A stretch of 36,308 nt of DNA from a virus (taxonomy: Duplodnaviria > Heunggongvirae > Uroviricota > Caudoviricetes), in IMG/VR virus record IMGVR_UViG_2563366905_000008, one strand, 5' to 3'. The position numbers were made by a program, and so were the translations under genes. Positions 26,300 through 34,710 of this stretch are shown here, piece by piece. Numbering within the stretch: the stretch's first letter is position 1; the number at the start of each line of letters is the position of its first letter. The notes below the pieces were generated by a model that saw only the letters and a program-made list of their open reading frames with translations, was not told the DNA's origin and searched no databases.

Positions 26300-26315
26300 A
26301 ATCCCCTTTAATATC
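26296..26315 (+). promoter_or_regulatory. Candidate late promoter element, copy of TCTTAA-N5-TTTAAWATC
   Basis: TCTTAAtccccTTTAATATC, 52 bp upstream of the tail chaperone start; overlaps the T-tract of the preceding terminator. Confidence 0.35.
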
Positions 26316-26367
26316 TGCCAGCCTCACCACCGGACATACTGCTCTGAACTTACACAGGAGCACGATC

Positions 26368-26703
26368 ATGTCACAGACCCAGTCCGATACTTTTACGCTG
26401 TCTTATCCCTTCACCACTGCTGCCGGTACCAGAATTGAGCAGGTTGAACTGAAACGCCTGACGGTAAAAGACCTGAAGCAGGTGCGCAAAATCAGCAAAA
26501 ACCCGGCAGACTGGGACGAACCGCTGATTGCCCGCAGTACTGGTCTTCTCCCGGAAGATCTCGACAATATGGACCTGGCTGATTACCTGCAGTTACAGAA
26601 ACGATTTCAGCTCATCACGGGGATGGGTGAGAGCGACAAAGGCGCTGACGCAGGCGCAGGGGCTGCTGGCGAGATGGTTCCGGTTTCAGCCGGGGGAGAT
26701 TGA
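26368..26703 (+). CDS. Tail assembly chaperone, short form (P2 E-like)
   Basis: 111 aa with AGGAG RBS; position between tube and tape measure genes. Confidence 0.7.
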   Translation: MSQTQSDTFTLSYPFTTAAGTRIEQVELKRLTVKDLKQVRKISKNPADWDEPLIARSTGLLPEDLDNMDLADYLQLQKRFQLITGMGESDKGADAGAGAAGEMVPVSAGGD

Positions 26704-26785
26704 TGCCCTCGATACTGACGATCTGGAGATGTGGCTGGAGCAGGCTGAAGAGCAAATCAAAAGCGAGTACGGCGACAAATCATAG
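26368..26785 (+). CDS. Putative frameshifted long form of tail assembly chaperone (E+E'-like), +1 frame extension
   Basis: A second ORF (track 26528..26785) in the +1 frame overlaps the 3' end of the chaperone gene. Only its C-terminal part (EIDALDTDDLEMWLEQAEEQIKSEYGDKS) looks protein-like. The -1 frame gives an Arg-rich, implausible peptide. Confidence 0.35.
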
Positions 26786-26860
26786 TACAGACAGCCGCCA
26801 GTAGCGGCTGTTCTGCGTTATCCCCTCACGTCTTTTCACCTTCCCCGGAGGTTAACCACT

Positions 26861-29812
26861 ATGTCGGGACAGTTTTCAGTCGGCGTTGTTATCGGCGGGA
26901 TGATTGGCAGCACATTCCGTTCTGCAATGAGCGGTACCCGCCGTGCGCTTGATTCCCTGAGCGATACCTCACGCCGCCTGCAGGAACGTCAGAACGCTTT
27001 AACCCGTGCAACAGAACGTTATGGTCAACTGGGTTCTTCCCGGATGCAGCATCTCAACAGCGAGCTGCTGCGGGTAAGCCGCACCATGGAGCAAATTGAG
27101 CGCCAGCAGCGCCGTCTGTCAGCGGCATCCGCTACCAGTGATGCGCTGAAAGCTAACCGCATGGCGCTGTATGGTCAGGGGATTGAAGCATATGGCATGG
27201 CACAGACTGTTTATCATACGGTTTCCCCTGCCGTTCAGCAGTCCATGTCTTTTCAGGACAAAATGATTGATATGTCGATCACCGCAAAATATGACAATAA
27301 AACGCGGGATGCACTTGCCGGACAGATAAAAGGCTGGGCGCTTAAATACAATCAGTATCAGGATGAGCTGCAGGAGGCGGTGGGTTCGCTCATCAGCGAC
27401 AATATTGATAACTTGTCAGATATCGGTTTTCTGATGCCGGATATTGCCCGCGCGGCAACGGCAACACGCACGTCATCTCAGGACTGGGCAAAAGTGGCCG
27501 CAGTCTGGCAAAACTCCCTGAAAGGTGCCGCCAGAGATTTTGGTGCCGTTCAGAATATTATGGCTTATGCCGGTGACCAGGGGTCATTTGAAATCCCGGA
27601 TCAGGTCAAATGGATGCAGTCCCTGGCCCCAATGATGGCGGGCGTTGCCAGTGGAAAAGAGGCTGTTGCTGAAATCGGAGCCAGTCTCCAGATAGCAAAA
27701 ATCGGTGCAGGTTCCACCGACGAAGCAGCCAATAATTTTAAAAACTTTCTTACCAAAATTTTTGCCCGCGATACTCAGAAACAGTTTGCTGATCTGGGTA
27801 TTGATTTGCAGGGATCTATTGCGAGTTATAAGGCTGCGGGGATCTCTCCGATTGAAGGGATGTTGAGTGTTATAGAACGTTACCTCAATGCCAAAAGCCC
27901 CGAAGCGCTGGCCGGCTTCAAATCTGCCATGAAAATAAAGAATGATACGGCAAGAGATGAGGCACTTCAGGCTCTGGCGAAAAACTTTGGTCTGGGTGAT
28001 ATGTTCGCGGATATGCAGGTCATGGCATTTATCCGCCCGATGCTGGCCAACATGGACAGATATCGCGAGATCCGCGCCGGTGCTCTCAGGGCTGCGGATA
28101 ACGATTTGCTTGCCAGTGCTTATGATCAGCGGCTGAAATCTCCCCTTGAAGCCACTAAAGCACTTATGGTCAGCAGTCGCGATCTGGCTATTACGCTGGG
28201 CGATCAACTCGCCCCCTCTTTTATTTCTCTGACTCAGGAGTTGATCCCACTCATTCAGGGGACAAAACACTGGGTAGCGACTCACCCGCAATTTGTCAGT
28301 GGGGCTTTTAAGCTCATCAGTGCGCTCCTTGCGATTAAGATAGCGACTGTTGGTCTCAAACTGGGGCTGAATCTCCTTATTTCCCCCTTTGTGAACGTCT
28401 GGAAAACTGCTGTTTTACTTCGGGCCAACTGGCTTCGTCTGTCGCTCGCACTGGGGCAAGGCGGTAAGCTCCGCTGGCTGGTGACCGGATTTAGCGCCGT
28501 CGCCAGAGGAGCCAGAACACTGAGTGGCGTGCTCTCCGGGGGGCTGGTTCGCGGAATTATGCTCGCCGGACGTGCTGTTCTCTGGATTGGACGTGCGCTG
28601 ATGATGAATCCCATCGGTCTCGTTATCACCGCTGTCGCGGCAGCAGCTTACCTTATCTACCGCAACTGGGGGGCAGTCAGTGGCTGGTTTAAACAGCGCT
28701 GGGCAGACATTCAGGAAGCCTTTAACGGCGGCATTGTGGGAACTGGTAAGTTGCTGATTAACTGGTCGCCGGCAGGCCTGCTCTATAAAGCCTTTGCGGC
28801 TGCGCTGAAATATTTCGGCGTTGCTCTGCCGGCAAAGTTCACCGACTTCGGTGGCCATCTTATCGACGGTCTGATTAACGGTATCAAAAACAAATGGGGG
28901 TCGCTCAAATCCAGTGTAACCGGAATGGGTGACAGCATCAGTAGCTGGTTTAAACAGTGCTGGGCTGACATTCAGGAAGCCTTTAACGGCGGTATCGCGG
29001 GAACTGGTAAGCTGCTGATTAACTGGTCGCCGGCAGGTCTGCTCTGTAAAGCCTTTGCAGCTGCGCTGAAATATCTTGGTGTTGATCTGCCGGCAAAGTT
29101 CACCGACTTCGGTGGCCATCTTGTCGACGGTCTGATTAACGGTATCAAAAACAAATGGGAGTCGCTCAAATCCAGTGTAACCGGAATGGGTGACAGCATC
29201 AGTGGCTGGTTCAGCGAAAAGCTGGGCATTCATTCGCCGAGCCGCGTGTTTATGGGCTTTGGTGACAATATCGCGCAGGGGGCCGCCATTGGCCTGCAGC
29301 GGACCACTCCGCTTGCAGCTCTGGCCGGGCAGCGAATGGCCAGTGAACTGCTCCCCAGAATGCCCGTGAGCATTCAGGGGCCAGAAATACGGGATAACAC
29401 TTCAGGTGTTCGCTTCAGTATGCCGTTGCCCGATATCAACGGGTTTATGTCGTCTGCTAAAAATGCGATCGGAGCCGTAATCAATAGTTTGTCTTCCATG
29501 CCCGTTATTCCGCTCTCCACCCGGGCATCGGTTTTACCAGGGCAACGTCTGGCAAATGAGATGACACCGGATGTTCCCCGTATCCCCTCGCCTGAAATCC
29601 TGGCTGCCGGATATTCAGGCCGTGGTGCAGCTGCAACCGGCGGTGGAACGTCTGGTGGTATCCAGGTCAGCTTTAATCCTCAGTTTTTCCTCAATGGCAG
29701 GGAAACCACAGCGCCTGCAGGACTGACTGGTGCCCTGAATATGAGTCTGCATGAGCTGGAAAAAATGCTGGAGCGTCTGCTGGCTCAGAAACAACGTAAG
29801 GAGTACCGCTGA
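26861..29812 (+). CDS. Tail tape measure protein
   Basis: 983 aa, largely helical, central hydrophobic segments and Gly-rich C-terminal part; follows the chaperone pair. Confidence 0.85.
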   Translation: MSGQFSVGVVIGGMIGSTFRSAMSGTRRALDSLSDTSRRLQERQNALTRATERYGQLGSSRMQHLNSELLRVSRTMEQIERQQRRLSAASATSDALKANRMALYGQGIEAYGMAQTVYHTVSPAVQQSMSFQDKMIDMSITAKYDNKTRDALAGQIKGWALKYNQYQDELQEAVGSLISDNIDNLSDIGFLMPDIARAATATRTSSQDWAKVAAVWQNSLKGAARDFGAVQNIMAYAGDQGSFEIPDQVKWMQSLAPMMAGVASGKEAVAEIGASLQIAKIGAGSTDEAANNFKNFLTKIFARDTQKQFADLGIDLQGSIASYKAAGISPIEGMLSVIERYLNAKSPEALAGFKSAMKIKNDTARDEALQALAKNFGLGDMFADMQVMAFIRPMLANMDRYREIRAGALRAADNDLLASAYDQRLKSPLEATKALMVSSRDLAITLGDQLAPSFISLTQELIPLIQGTKHWVATHPQFVSGAFKLISALLAIKIATVGLKLGLNLLISPFVNVWKTAVLLRANWLRLSLALGQGGKLRWLVTGFSAVARGARTLSGVLSGGLVRGIMLAGRAVLWIGRALMMNPIGLVITAVAAAAYLIYRNWGAVSGWFKQRWADIQEAFNGGIVGTGKLLINWSPAGLLYKAFAAALKYFGVALPAKFTDFGGHLIDGLINGIKNKWGSLKSSVTGMGDSISSWFKQCWADIQEAFNGGIAGTGKLLINWSPAGLLCKAFAAALKYLGVDLPAKFTDFGGHLVDGLINGIKNKWESLKSSVTGMGDSISGWFSEKLGIHSPSRVFMGFGDNIAQGAAIGLQRTTPLAALAGQRMASELLPRMPVSIQGPEIRDNTSGVRFSMPLPDINGFMSSAKNAIGAVINSLSSMPVIPLSTRASVLPGQRLANEMTPDVPRIPSPEILAAGYSGRGAAATGGGTSGGIQVSFNPQFFLNGRETTAPAGLTGALNMSLHELEKMLERLLAQKQRKEYR
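28685..29206 (+). repeat. In-frame tandem duplication (2 x 261 bp) inside the tape measure gene
   Basis: Copy 1 28685-28945 and copy 2 28946-29206 encode 87-aa units differing at 8 residues (WFKQRWADIQEAFNGG... vs WFKQCWADIQEAFNGG...). Confidence 0.8.
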
Positions 29813-30696
29813 TGTTTGCCGTACTGGGTGATATTGAGTTTGAGCTGATTACCTACTGGGACGGCTTCGAGGCCACGTTCGGCGTCGATTATGCGGAGCA
29901 TGCCCGCATCGGGGGTAAGCCTGGCCTGCAGTTCGTCGGCGACAGGCTGGACGAAATCCAGATAACTCTGGTTTTCCATCAGCATTATTGTGTACCCGAC
30001 GTGGAGCTGGCGAGACTGCGAACAGCCATGAAAGCCCATCAGGCACTGGCGCTGGTCTTCGGCAACGGTGACTATCGCGGCTGGTTCGTGATTACCGATG
30101 TGACTGCAACCAGCGAGCAGACTGACAGTACCGGCAACGTGCTGGCTGTCAGTGCCACCGTGTCTCTCCGGGAATACACCGGTGACCCGAAAAATCCTCT
30201 GCAACCACCGGCAATACGCACGAAGCTCCCGGGTGTCGGGGCGGTCTCCGGTGCCATTCCTTCACCTTCAGGGGTGGCGCAGTTCATCCGCAACGGCGTC
30301 AACTATGCGAAACAGGCGCAGTCTGTACTCCAGACCACTATCAGCGCCGTTCGGGTGACACAGAAAATGAAGGATAACCCCGTTGTCGCACTGACCCGTG
30401 TGCCGGGGCTGATGAGCGGACTGGGTAATATCTCCGGGGCTCTGGGGAAAAGTGTTCCGGCGTTTAACGCACTCTCTGAATCCATGCCCGATGCCATCAG
30501 TCTGGCCAGAACAGCCAGCGAAGCAGCCACGTATGTACAGCAGGCACAGTCTGCGCTGAGTGGTGTGGACAAAAGAAATATTGCAGGTGCTCTGGATACC
30601 GTTTCCGGGCAGCTTAACGCCGCCGGCACAGCATTCAACCGCATGTCTCCGGGATTAAGTGCAATGGCCGCCAGAATACTGACGAGGAGTGTGTGA
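29812..30696 (+). CDS. Tail protein with P2 gpU-like N-terminal domain and Ala/Ser-rich C-terminal extension
   Basis: ATGA-coupled to the tape measure gene; N-terminal ~130 aa resemble gpU-type tail proteins; position after the tape measure gene. Confidence 0.6.
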   Translation: MFAVLGDIEFELITYWDGFEATFGVDYAEHARIGGKPGLQFVGDRLDEIQITLVFHQHYCVPDVELARLRTAMKAHQALALVFGNGDYRGWFVITDVTATSEQTDSTGNVLAVSATVSLREYTGDPKNPLQPPAIRTKLPGVGAVSGAIPSPSGVAQFIRNGVNYAKQAQSVLQTTISAVRVTQKMKDNPVVALTRVPGLMSGLGNISGALGKSVPAFNALSESMPDAISLARTASEAATYVQQAQSALSGVDKRNIAGALDTVSGQLNAAGTAFNRMSPGLSAMAARILTRSV

Positions 30697-30908
30697 TGTT
30701 TCTTGAACATGTTACCCGTGACGGAGAGCGCTGGGATTCGCTGGCATGGCAGTACTACGGTGACCCGCTGGGCTATCCCCGGATTATTGCCGCCAATCCG
30801 CACGTGGCCATCACGCCGGTGCTGCCCTCCGGGCTGTTGTTACTGATCCCGGTGATTGAGGCTGAAGAAGCCCGTACAGAAGAGGATATTGCCCCATGGC
30901 TGAGATAA
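30693..30908 (+). CDS. Tail protein X-like (P2 gpX family)
   Basis: 71 aa; motif WDSLAWQYYGDPLGYPRIIAANPHV resembles gpX-type tail proteins. Confidence 0.65.
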   Translation: MMFLEHVTRDGERWDSLAWQYYGDPLGYPRIIAANPHVAITPVLPSGLLLLIPVIEAEEARTEEDIAPWLR

Positions 30909-32050
30909 ACAGCACTGCGCAAGTCACATCAGCGTTAACCGGCGTCAGCGATGTGCTGACACCGGTGTTCACTCTGTGGTATCTGCAGAAAAACATCACC
31001 TCTGATATCGCGCCTTATGTCACCCGTGTGACCTGGAGCGATAACATCAAAAATGAGTCCGATACCATTGAGGTGGAACTGGACGACACCGATGGCCGCT
31101 GGCTGGATAAATGGTATCCGGGCAAGGGTGACACGCTGACGCTGAAAATGGGCTATCAGGGCGAGAAGCTGCTGTCCTGCGGTACGTTCTCTATAGACGA
31201 GATCGAAGTGAGTTCGCCCGCTTCCGTTGTTTCTATCCGTGGGGTGGCCACCTCGGTTAACAGTGCCCTGCGGACTAAAACCAGTCGTGGTTTTGAGAAC
31301 ACCACGCTGGCGGCCATCGCGGGAAGGATTGCCCGAAAGCACCGGCTGAAACTGGTGGGCAGCATTGAGACCATCAGAATCGACCGGGTGACCCAGTATG
31401 CTGAAACCGACGTGGGTTTTCTGCGCCGGCTGGCCAGCGAGTATGGTTATGCAGTGAAAGTGGTCAGTGACCAGCTGATTTTTTCTCATCTGGCCACACT
31501 GCGCAGTCAGGAGCCGGTCAGGCAGTTAAAACCGCAGGATGTGGCCCGCTTTTCCCTGCGTGACACCATCAACCGGGTCTATAAATCTGCAAAGGTAAAA
31601 CACCAGAAAAGCAGCAGTAAAAAACTGATCGTCTACGAAGCTGATGGTGGCACCCGTGAAAGCGACAAAAAGCTCAAAGGTGGTAAGGTTACCAGCGCTG
31701 ACTCACTTAAAGTTAACAGCCGCGTCAGCGACCCGGACAGTGCCCGGATTAAAGCGGATTCAGCACTGGCCAGACATAACGAATACCAGCAGAACGGCTC
31801 CCTGACGCTGACGGGAACACCTCAACTGACAGCAGGCAACAAAATTGAACTGGTGGGTTTTGGGCAGTTATCCGGGCCATGGCTCATAACCACTGCCCGC
31901 CATGCGTTTGACCGTAACAGCGGCTACACCACAGAGCTGGAAGTGGCACGGGGGCCAGTCACAAGAGGGAAAAAACAAAAAACTCAGAAACTCACGGTTT
32001 ATCACCCGGATGGCAGTACATCGACGGTGATTAAGGAGAAGAAAAAATGA
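30896..32050 (+). CDS. Tail protein D-like (late control D family)
   Basis: 384 aa; position after the X-like gene and before the spike gene; basic C-terminal tail. Confidence 0.75.
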   Translation: MAEINSTAQVTSALTGVSDVLTPVFTLWYLQKNITSDIAPYVTRVTWSDNIKNESDTIEVELDDTDGRWLDKWYPGKGDTLTLKMGYQGEKLLSCGTFSIDEIEVSSPASVVSIRGVATSVNSALRTKTSRGFENTTLAAIAGRIARKHRLKLVGSIETIRIDRVTQYAETDVGFLRRLASEYGYAVKVVSDQLIFSHLATLRSQEPVRQLKPQDVARFSLRDTINRVYKSAKVKHQKSSSKKLIVYEADGGTRESDKKLKGGKVTSADSLKVNSRVSDPDSARIKADSALARHNEYQQNGSLTLTGTPQLTAGNKIELVGFGQLSGPWLITTARHAFDRNSGYTTELEVARGPVTRGKKQKTQKLTVYHPDGSTSTVIKEKKK

Positions 32051-32643
32051 CTGGTGTCACTCGTCAGGTCGGTACGGTCAGTGCCGTTGATGCCGACAGG
32101 GTTCAGGCCCGCGTTCGTCTGCCTGAATGCGATAACCTGCGCACAAACTGGCTTAACGTGCTGCAGCGCAATACCCAGGATAACAAAGATTACTGGCTCC
32201 CTGACGTGGGGGAGCAGGTTGAGGTGCTGCTCGATGCCAACGGCGAGGATGGTGTTATTCTGGGCGCGGTGTATTCAGACGTCGATAAACCACCGTTCAG
32301 TGACAAAAATATCCGGGGAACCCGGTTTGCTGATGGTGCAGAGTACAGCTACAACCGGAAGACGCACACTCTGACCATCCGGGGCGGCATTGAGCATATT
32401 GTCATTGAGTGTGGTGCTGATGTGGTATTGAAAACACAGAAAGCCACGATTGACGCACCAGAAACCGAACTTACCGGAGATCTGCGTGTCAGGGGTAAGC
32501 TGATTTACGAAGGAGGCATGGCGGGTTCTGGTGGTAAAGGTGTTACCGCGACCATCCATGGCAATATCGAGATTAAAGGGAATGCCCACTCCACAGGTAG
32601 CATGCTGTCTGACGGCCAGAACTCTAATCACCATTCCCACTGA
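32047..32643 (+). CDS. Baseplate spike/assembly protein V-like
   Basis: 198 aa, AAGGAG RBS; Gly-rich C-terminus; position before the W-like gene. Confidence 0.75.
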   Translation: MTGVTRQVGTVSAVDADRVQARVRLPECDNLRTNWLNVLQRNTQDNKDYWLPDVGEQVEVLLDANGEDGVILGAVYSDVDKPPFSDKNIRGTRFADGAEYSYNRKTHTLTIRGGIEHIVIECGADVVLKTQKATIDAPETELTGDLRVRGKLIYEGGMAGSGGKGVTATIHGNIEIKGNAHSTGSMLSDGQNSNHHSH

Positions 32644-32646
32644 CCT

Positions 32647-32666
32647 TCTTAAACGCCTTTAATATC
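32647..32666 (+). promoter_or_regulatory. Candidate late promoter element, copy of TCTTAA-N5-TTTAAWATC
   Basis: TCTTAAacgccTTTAATATC, 32 bp upstream of the W-like ATG. Confidence 0.35.
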
Positions 32667-32697
32667 GGCGTTCCCGCACAGGGGCAATACTGCCCCC

Positions 32698-33045
32698 ATG
32701 AAAACAACCTCAGTATTCTGGCAACCGACCCTGCAGGCTCCCGGCGAAATTGTCCGGGGGCTGGATGATATCCGGCAGGCGATTCAAATTATCCTGCGGA
32801 CTCCCCGCGGCAGCGACCCGCATCGCCCGGAGTTCGGCAGCAATCTGCATCTTTATATCGACTGGCCTGTAGACCGGGCCATTCCGCATGTGGTGCGCGA
32901 ATCCGTCGATGCCATCCGGCGCTGGGAGCCCCGCTGCCAGCTTATGTCAGTTAAACCCGCCGTCGACGGCGAACATCTTACGCTCCGGGTGAGCTGGAAA
33001 GGCTCAGACGGACAGACCCGGACTCAGGAGCTGCTATGGCGCTGA
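32698..33045 (+). CDS. Baseplate protein W-like (gp25/lysozyme-like fold family)
   Basis: 115 aa; motif GSDPHRPEFGSNLHLYIDWP typical of gpW/gp25-family baseplate wedge proteins. Confidence 0.75.
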   Translation: MKTTSVFWQPTLQAPGEIVRGLDDIRQAIQIILRTPRGSDPHRPEFGSNLHLYIDWPVDRAIPHVVRESVDAIRRWEPRCQLMSVKPAVDGEHLTLRVSWKGSDGQTRTQELLWR

Positions 33046-34139
33046 CAGAACCCGATTTTATTGAACGCGATGCCGACAAAATCACGGCAGAAATGATTGC
33101 GAAGTATGAAGCGGATACCGGCAAAACGCTGTACCCGGCACAGGCAGAACGTCTGCTGATTGATCTGTGGGCCTATCGCGAAATGCTGGTCAGGGTTGCG
33201 GTACAGGAGGCAGCAAAGCAGAATCTGGTCGCCTTTGCCCGTGAGCCGATGATTGATTACCTCGGTGAACTGGTCGGTGTATACCGTCTTGCCGCGCAGC
33301 CTGCCACCACCACGCTCCAGTTCTCCGTAGATGAGGCACTGGCCATTGATGTGCTGATCCCGGCAGGCACCCGCGTCAGCGCTTCCGACAGCGTTATTTT
33401 TGCCACCGATACAGATGTGGTACTGAAGGCCGGATTGCTGCTGGTCAATGTCACGTCCACCTGTACCGAACCCGGTACCGCTGGTAACGGCTGGCAACCG
33501 GCGCAGGTCAGTCAGTTACTCGATGAGATTGATAACGTCGACCTGCTGGTGAGCAATCTGACGGCCAGTTCCGGCGGTTCAGAACAGGAAGACGATGACA
33601 GGCTCCGGGAGCGTATCAGGCTGGCCCCGGAGTCATTCACCAATGCCGGAAGCCGTGGCGCATACCGCTTTCATGCCATGCAGGCCCATCCCAACATTGT
33701 CGATGTTGCTGTGCTTTCCCCGGTTCCCGGGACCGTAGATCTGTATCCGCTGCTCAGTACCGGTCTGCCGGACGGCGGTGTTCTCACGCTGGTAGAGAGT
33801 TTCTGCTCTGATGAGAAAGTCAGGCCACTCACTGATACAGTGCGGGCTAAAACACCAGTGAAGGTGGATTACACCATTGAAGCCAGGATTACGATCTATC
33901 GTGATCAGGATGCCAGGTCTGTAAAAGATGCCGCTAACAGCGCCATCCAGAACTGGGTGGCATCACGTGCCGCCACGCTGGGGCGTGATATTGTCCCCAG
34001 CCAGATTATCAGTGCATTGTCCGTTTCCGGGGTGTACCAGGTTGAACTGGTGACACCGGCACTGAGGGTAGTGGCAGAAAACGAATGGGCAAACTGTACG
34101 GCGATCACACTTAACATGAGTGGAGTGTCTGATGACTGA
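33036..34139 (+). CDS. Baseplate protein J-like
   Basis: 367 aa, overlaps the W-like stop; size and position match P2 gpJ. Confidence 0.8.
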   Translation: MALTEPDFIERDADKITAEMIAKYEADTGKTLYPAQAERLLIDLWAYREMLVRVAVQEAAKQNLVAFAREPMIDYLGELVGVYRLAAQPATTTLQFSVDEALAIDVLIPAGTRVSASDSVIFATDTDVVLKAGLLLVNVTSTCTEPGTAGNGWQPAQVSQLLDEIDNVDLLVSNLTASSGGSEQEDDDRLRERIRLAPESFTNAGSRGAYRFHAMQAHPNIVDVAVLSPVPGTVDLYPLLSTGLPDGGVLTLVESFCSDEKVRPLTDTVRAKTPVKVDYTIEARITIYRDQDARSVKDAANSAIQNWVASRAATLGRDIVPSQIISALSVSGVYQVELVTPALRVVAENEWANCTAITLNMSGVSDD

Positions 34140-34710
34140 GCCATTACAACTCCCGCCACCGCTTGAGGGTGATATCAGTCTCAGGACGCTGGGAAGACTG
34201 GCAGGGCGGCTGGATAACATCGACCTGAGCGTACTGATGGTCTTTCTCGTCGATATCGTCGACAGTTCTGCGCTGCCATGGCTGGGCGAGCAGTTCTCAC
34301 TGTCTGGCGATGGCTGGGAGCTGGCGGAATCGGACGATGTTCGCCGCATGCTTATAAAAGCAGCCATCGAACTACACCGGTATAAAGGGACGCCGTGGTC
34401 AATCCGGGAAGTTATCCGCCGTTTTGGCTTTGGTGAAGTGGATCTGATTGAAGGCACAGGTCGTCTCAGTTACGACGGCAATCGCAGCTATAACGGACTG
34501 TTTGTTCATGGAGATGCAGCCGCCTGGGCGGTTTATCGCGTTATTCTGAAACAGCCCATTACTAACGATCAGGCCGCGATGCTGCGTCAGACGCTCGCTG
34601 CATTTGCACCGGCCCGCTGCCATCTGGCCAGCCTGGAGTATCAGTCTGTGGCTATTCGCTATAACAATACCGCCATCCATGATGGCAGTTATAACCACGG
34701 GAGCAGTTGA
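34132..34710 (+). CDS. Tail protein I-like
   Basis: ATG at 34132 (MTEPLQLPP...) overlapping the J-like stop; conserved HRYKGTPWSIREV-type segment. Confidence 0.65.
   Translation: MTEPLQLPPPLEGDISLRTLGRLAGRLDNIDLSVLMVFLVDIVDSSALPWLGEQFSLSGDGWELAESDDVRRMLIKAAIELHRYKGTPWSIREVIRRFGFGEVDLIEGTGRLSYDGNRSYNGLFVHGDAAAWAVYRVILKQPITNDQAAMLRQTLAAFAPARCHLASLEYQSVAIRYNNTAIHDGSYNHGSS

Noticed and set aside
28685-29206. Tandem repeats in the tape measure and tail fiber genes considered as a possible CRISPR array
   Set aside because: Units are 261 bp and about 111-300 bp, in-frame inside protein-coding genes, with no short repeat/spacer alternation and no cas genes.
27584-29233. Long minus-strand ORFs (27584..28291 and 28415..29233) antisense to the tape measure gene
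   Set aside because: They lie entirely within a strongly supported plus-strand gene, have repetitive low-complexity products mirroring the duplication, and lack convincing RBS; judged antisense artifacts.
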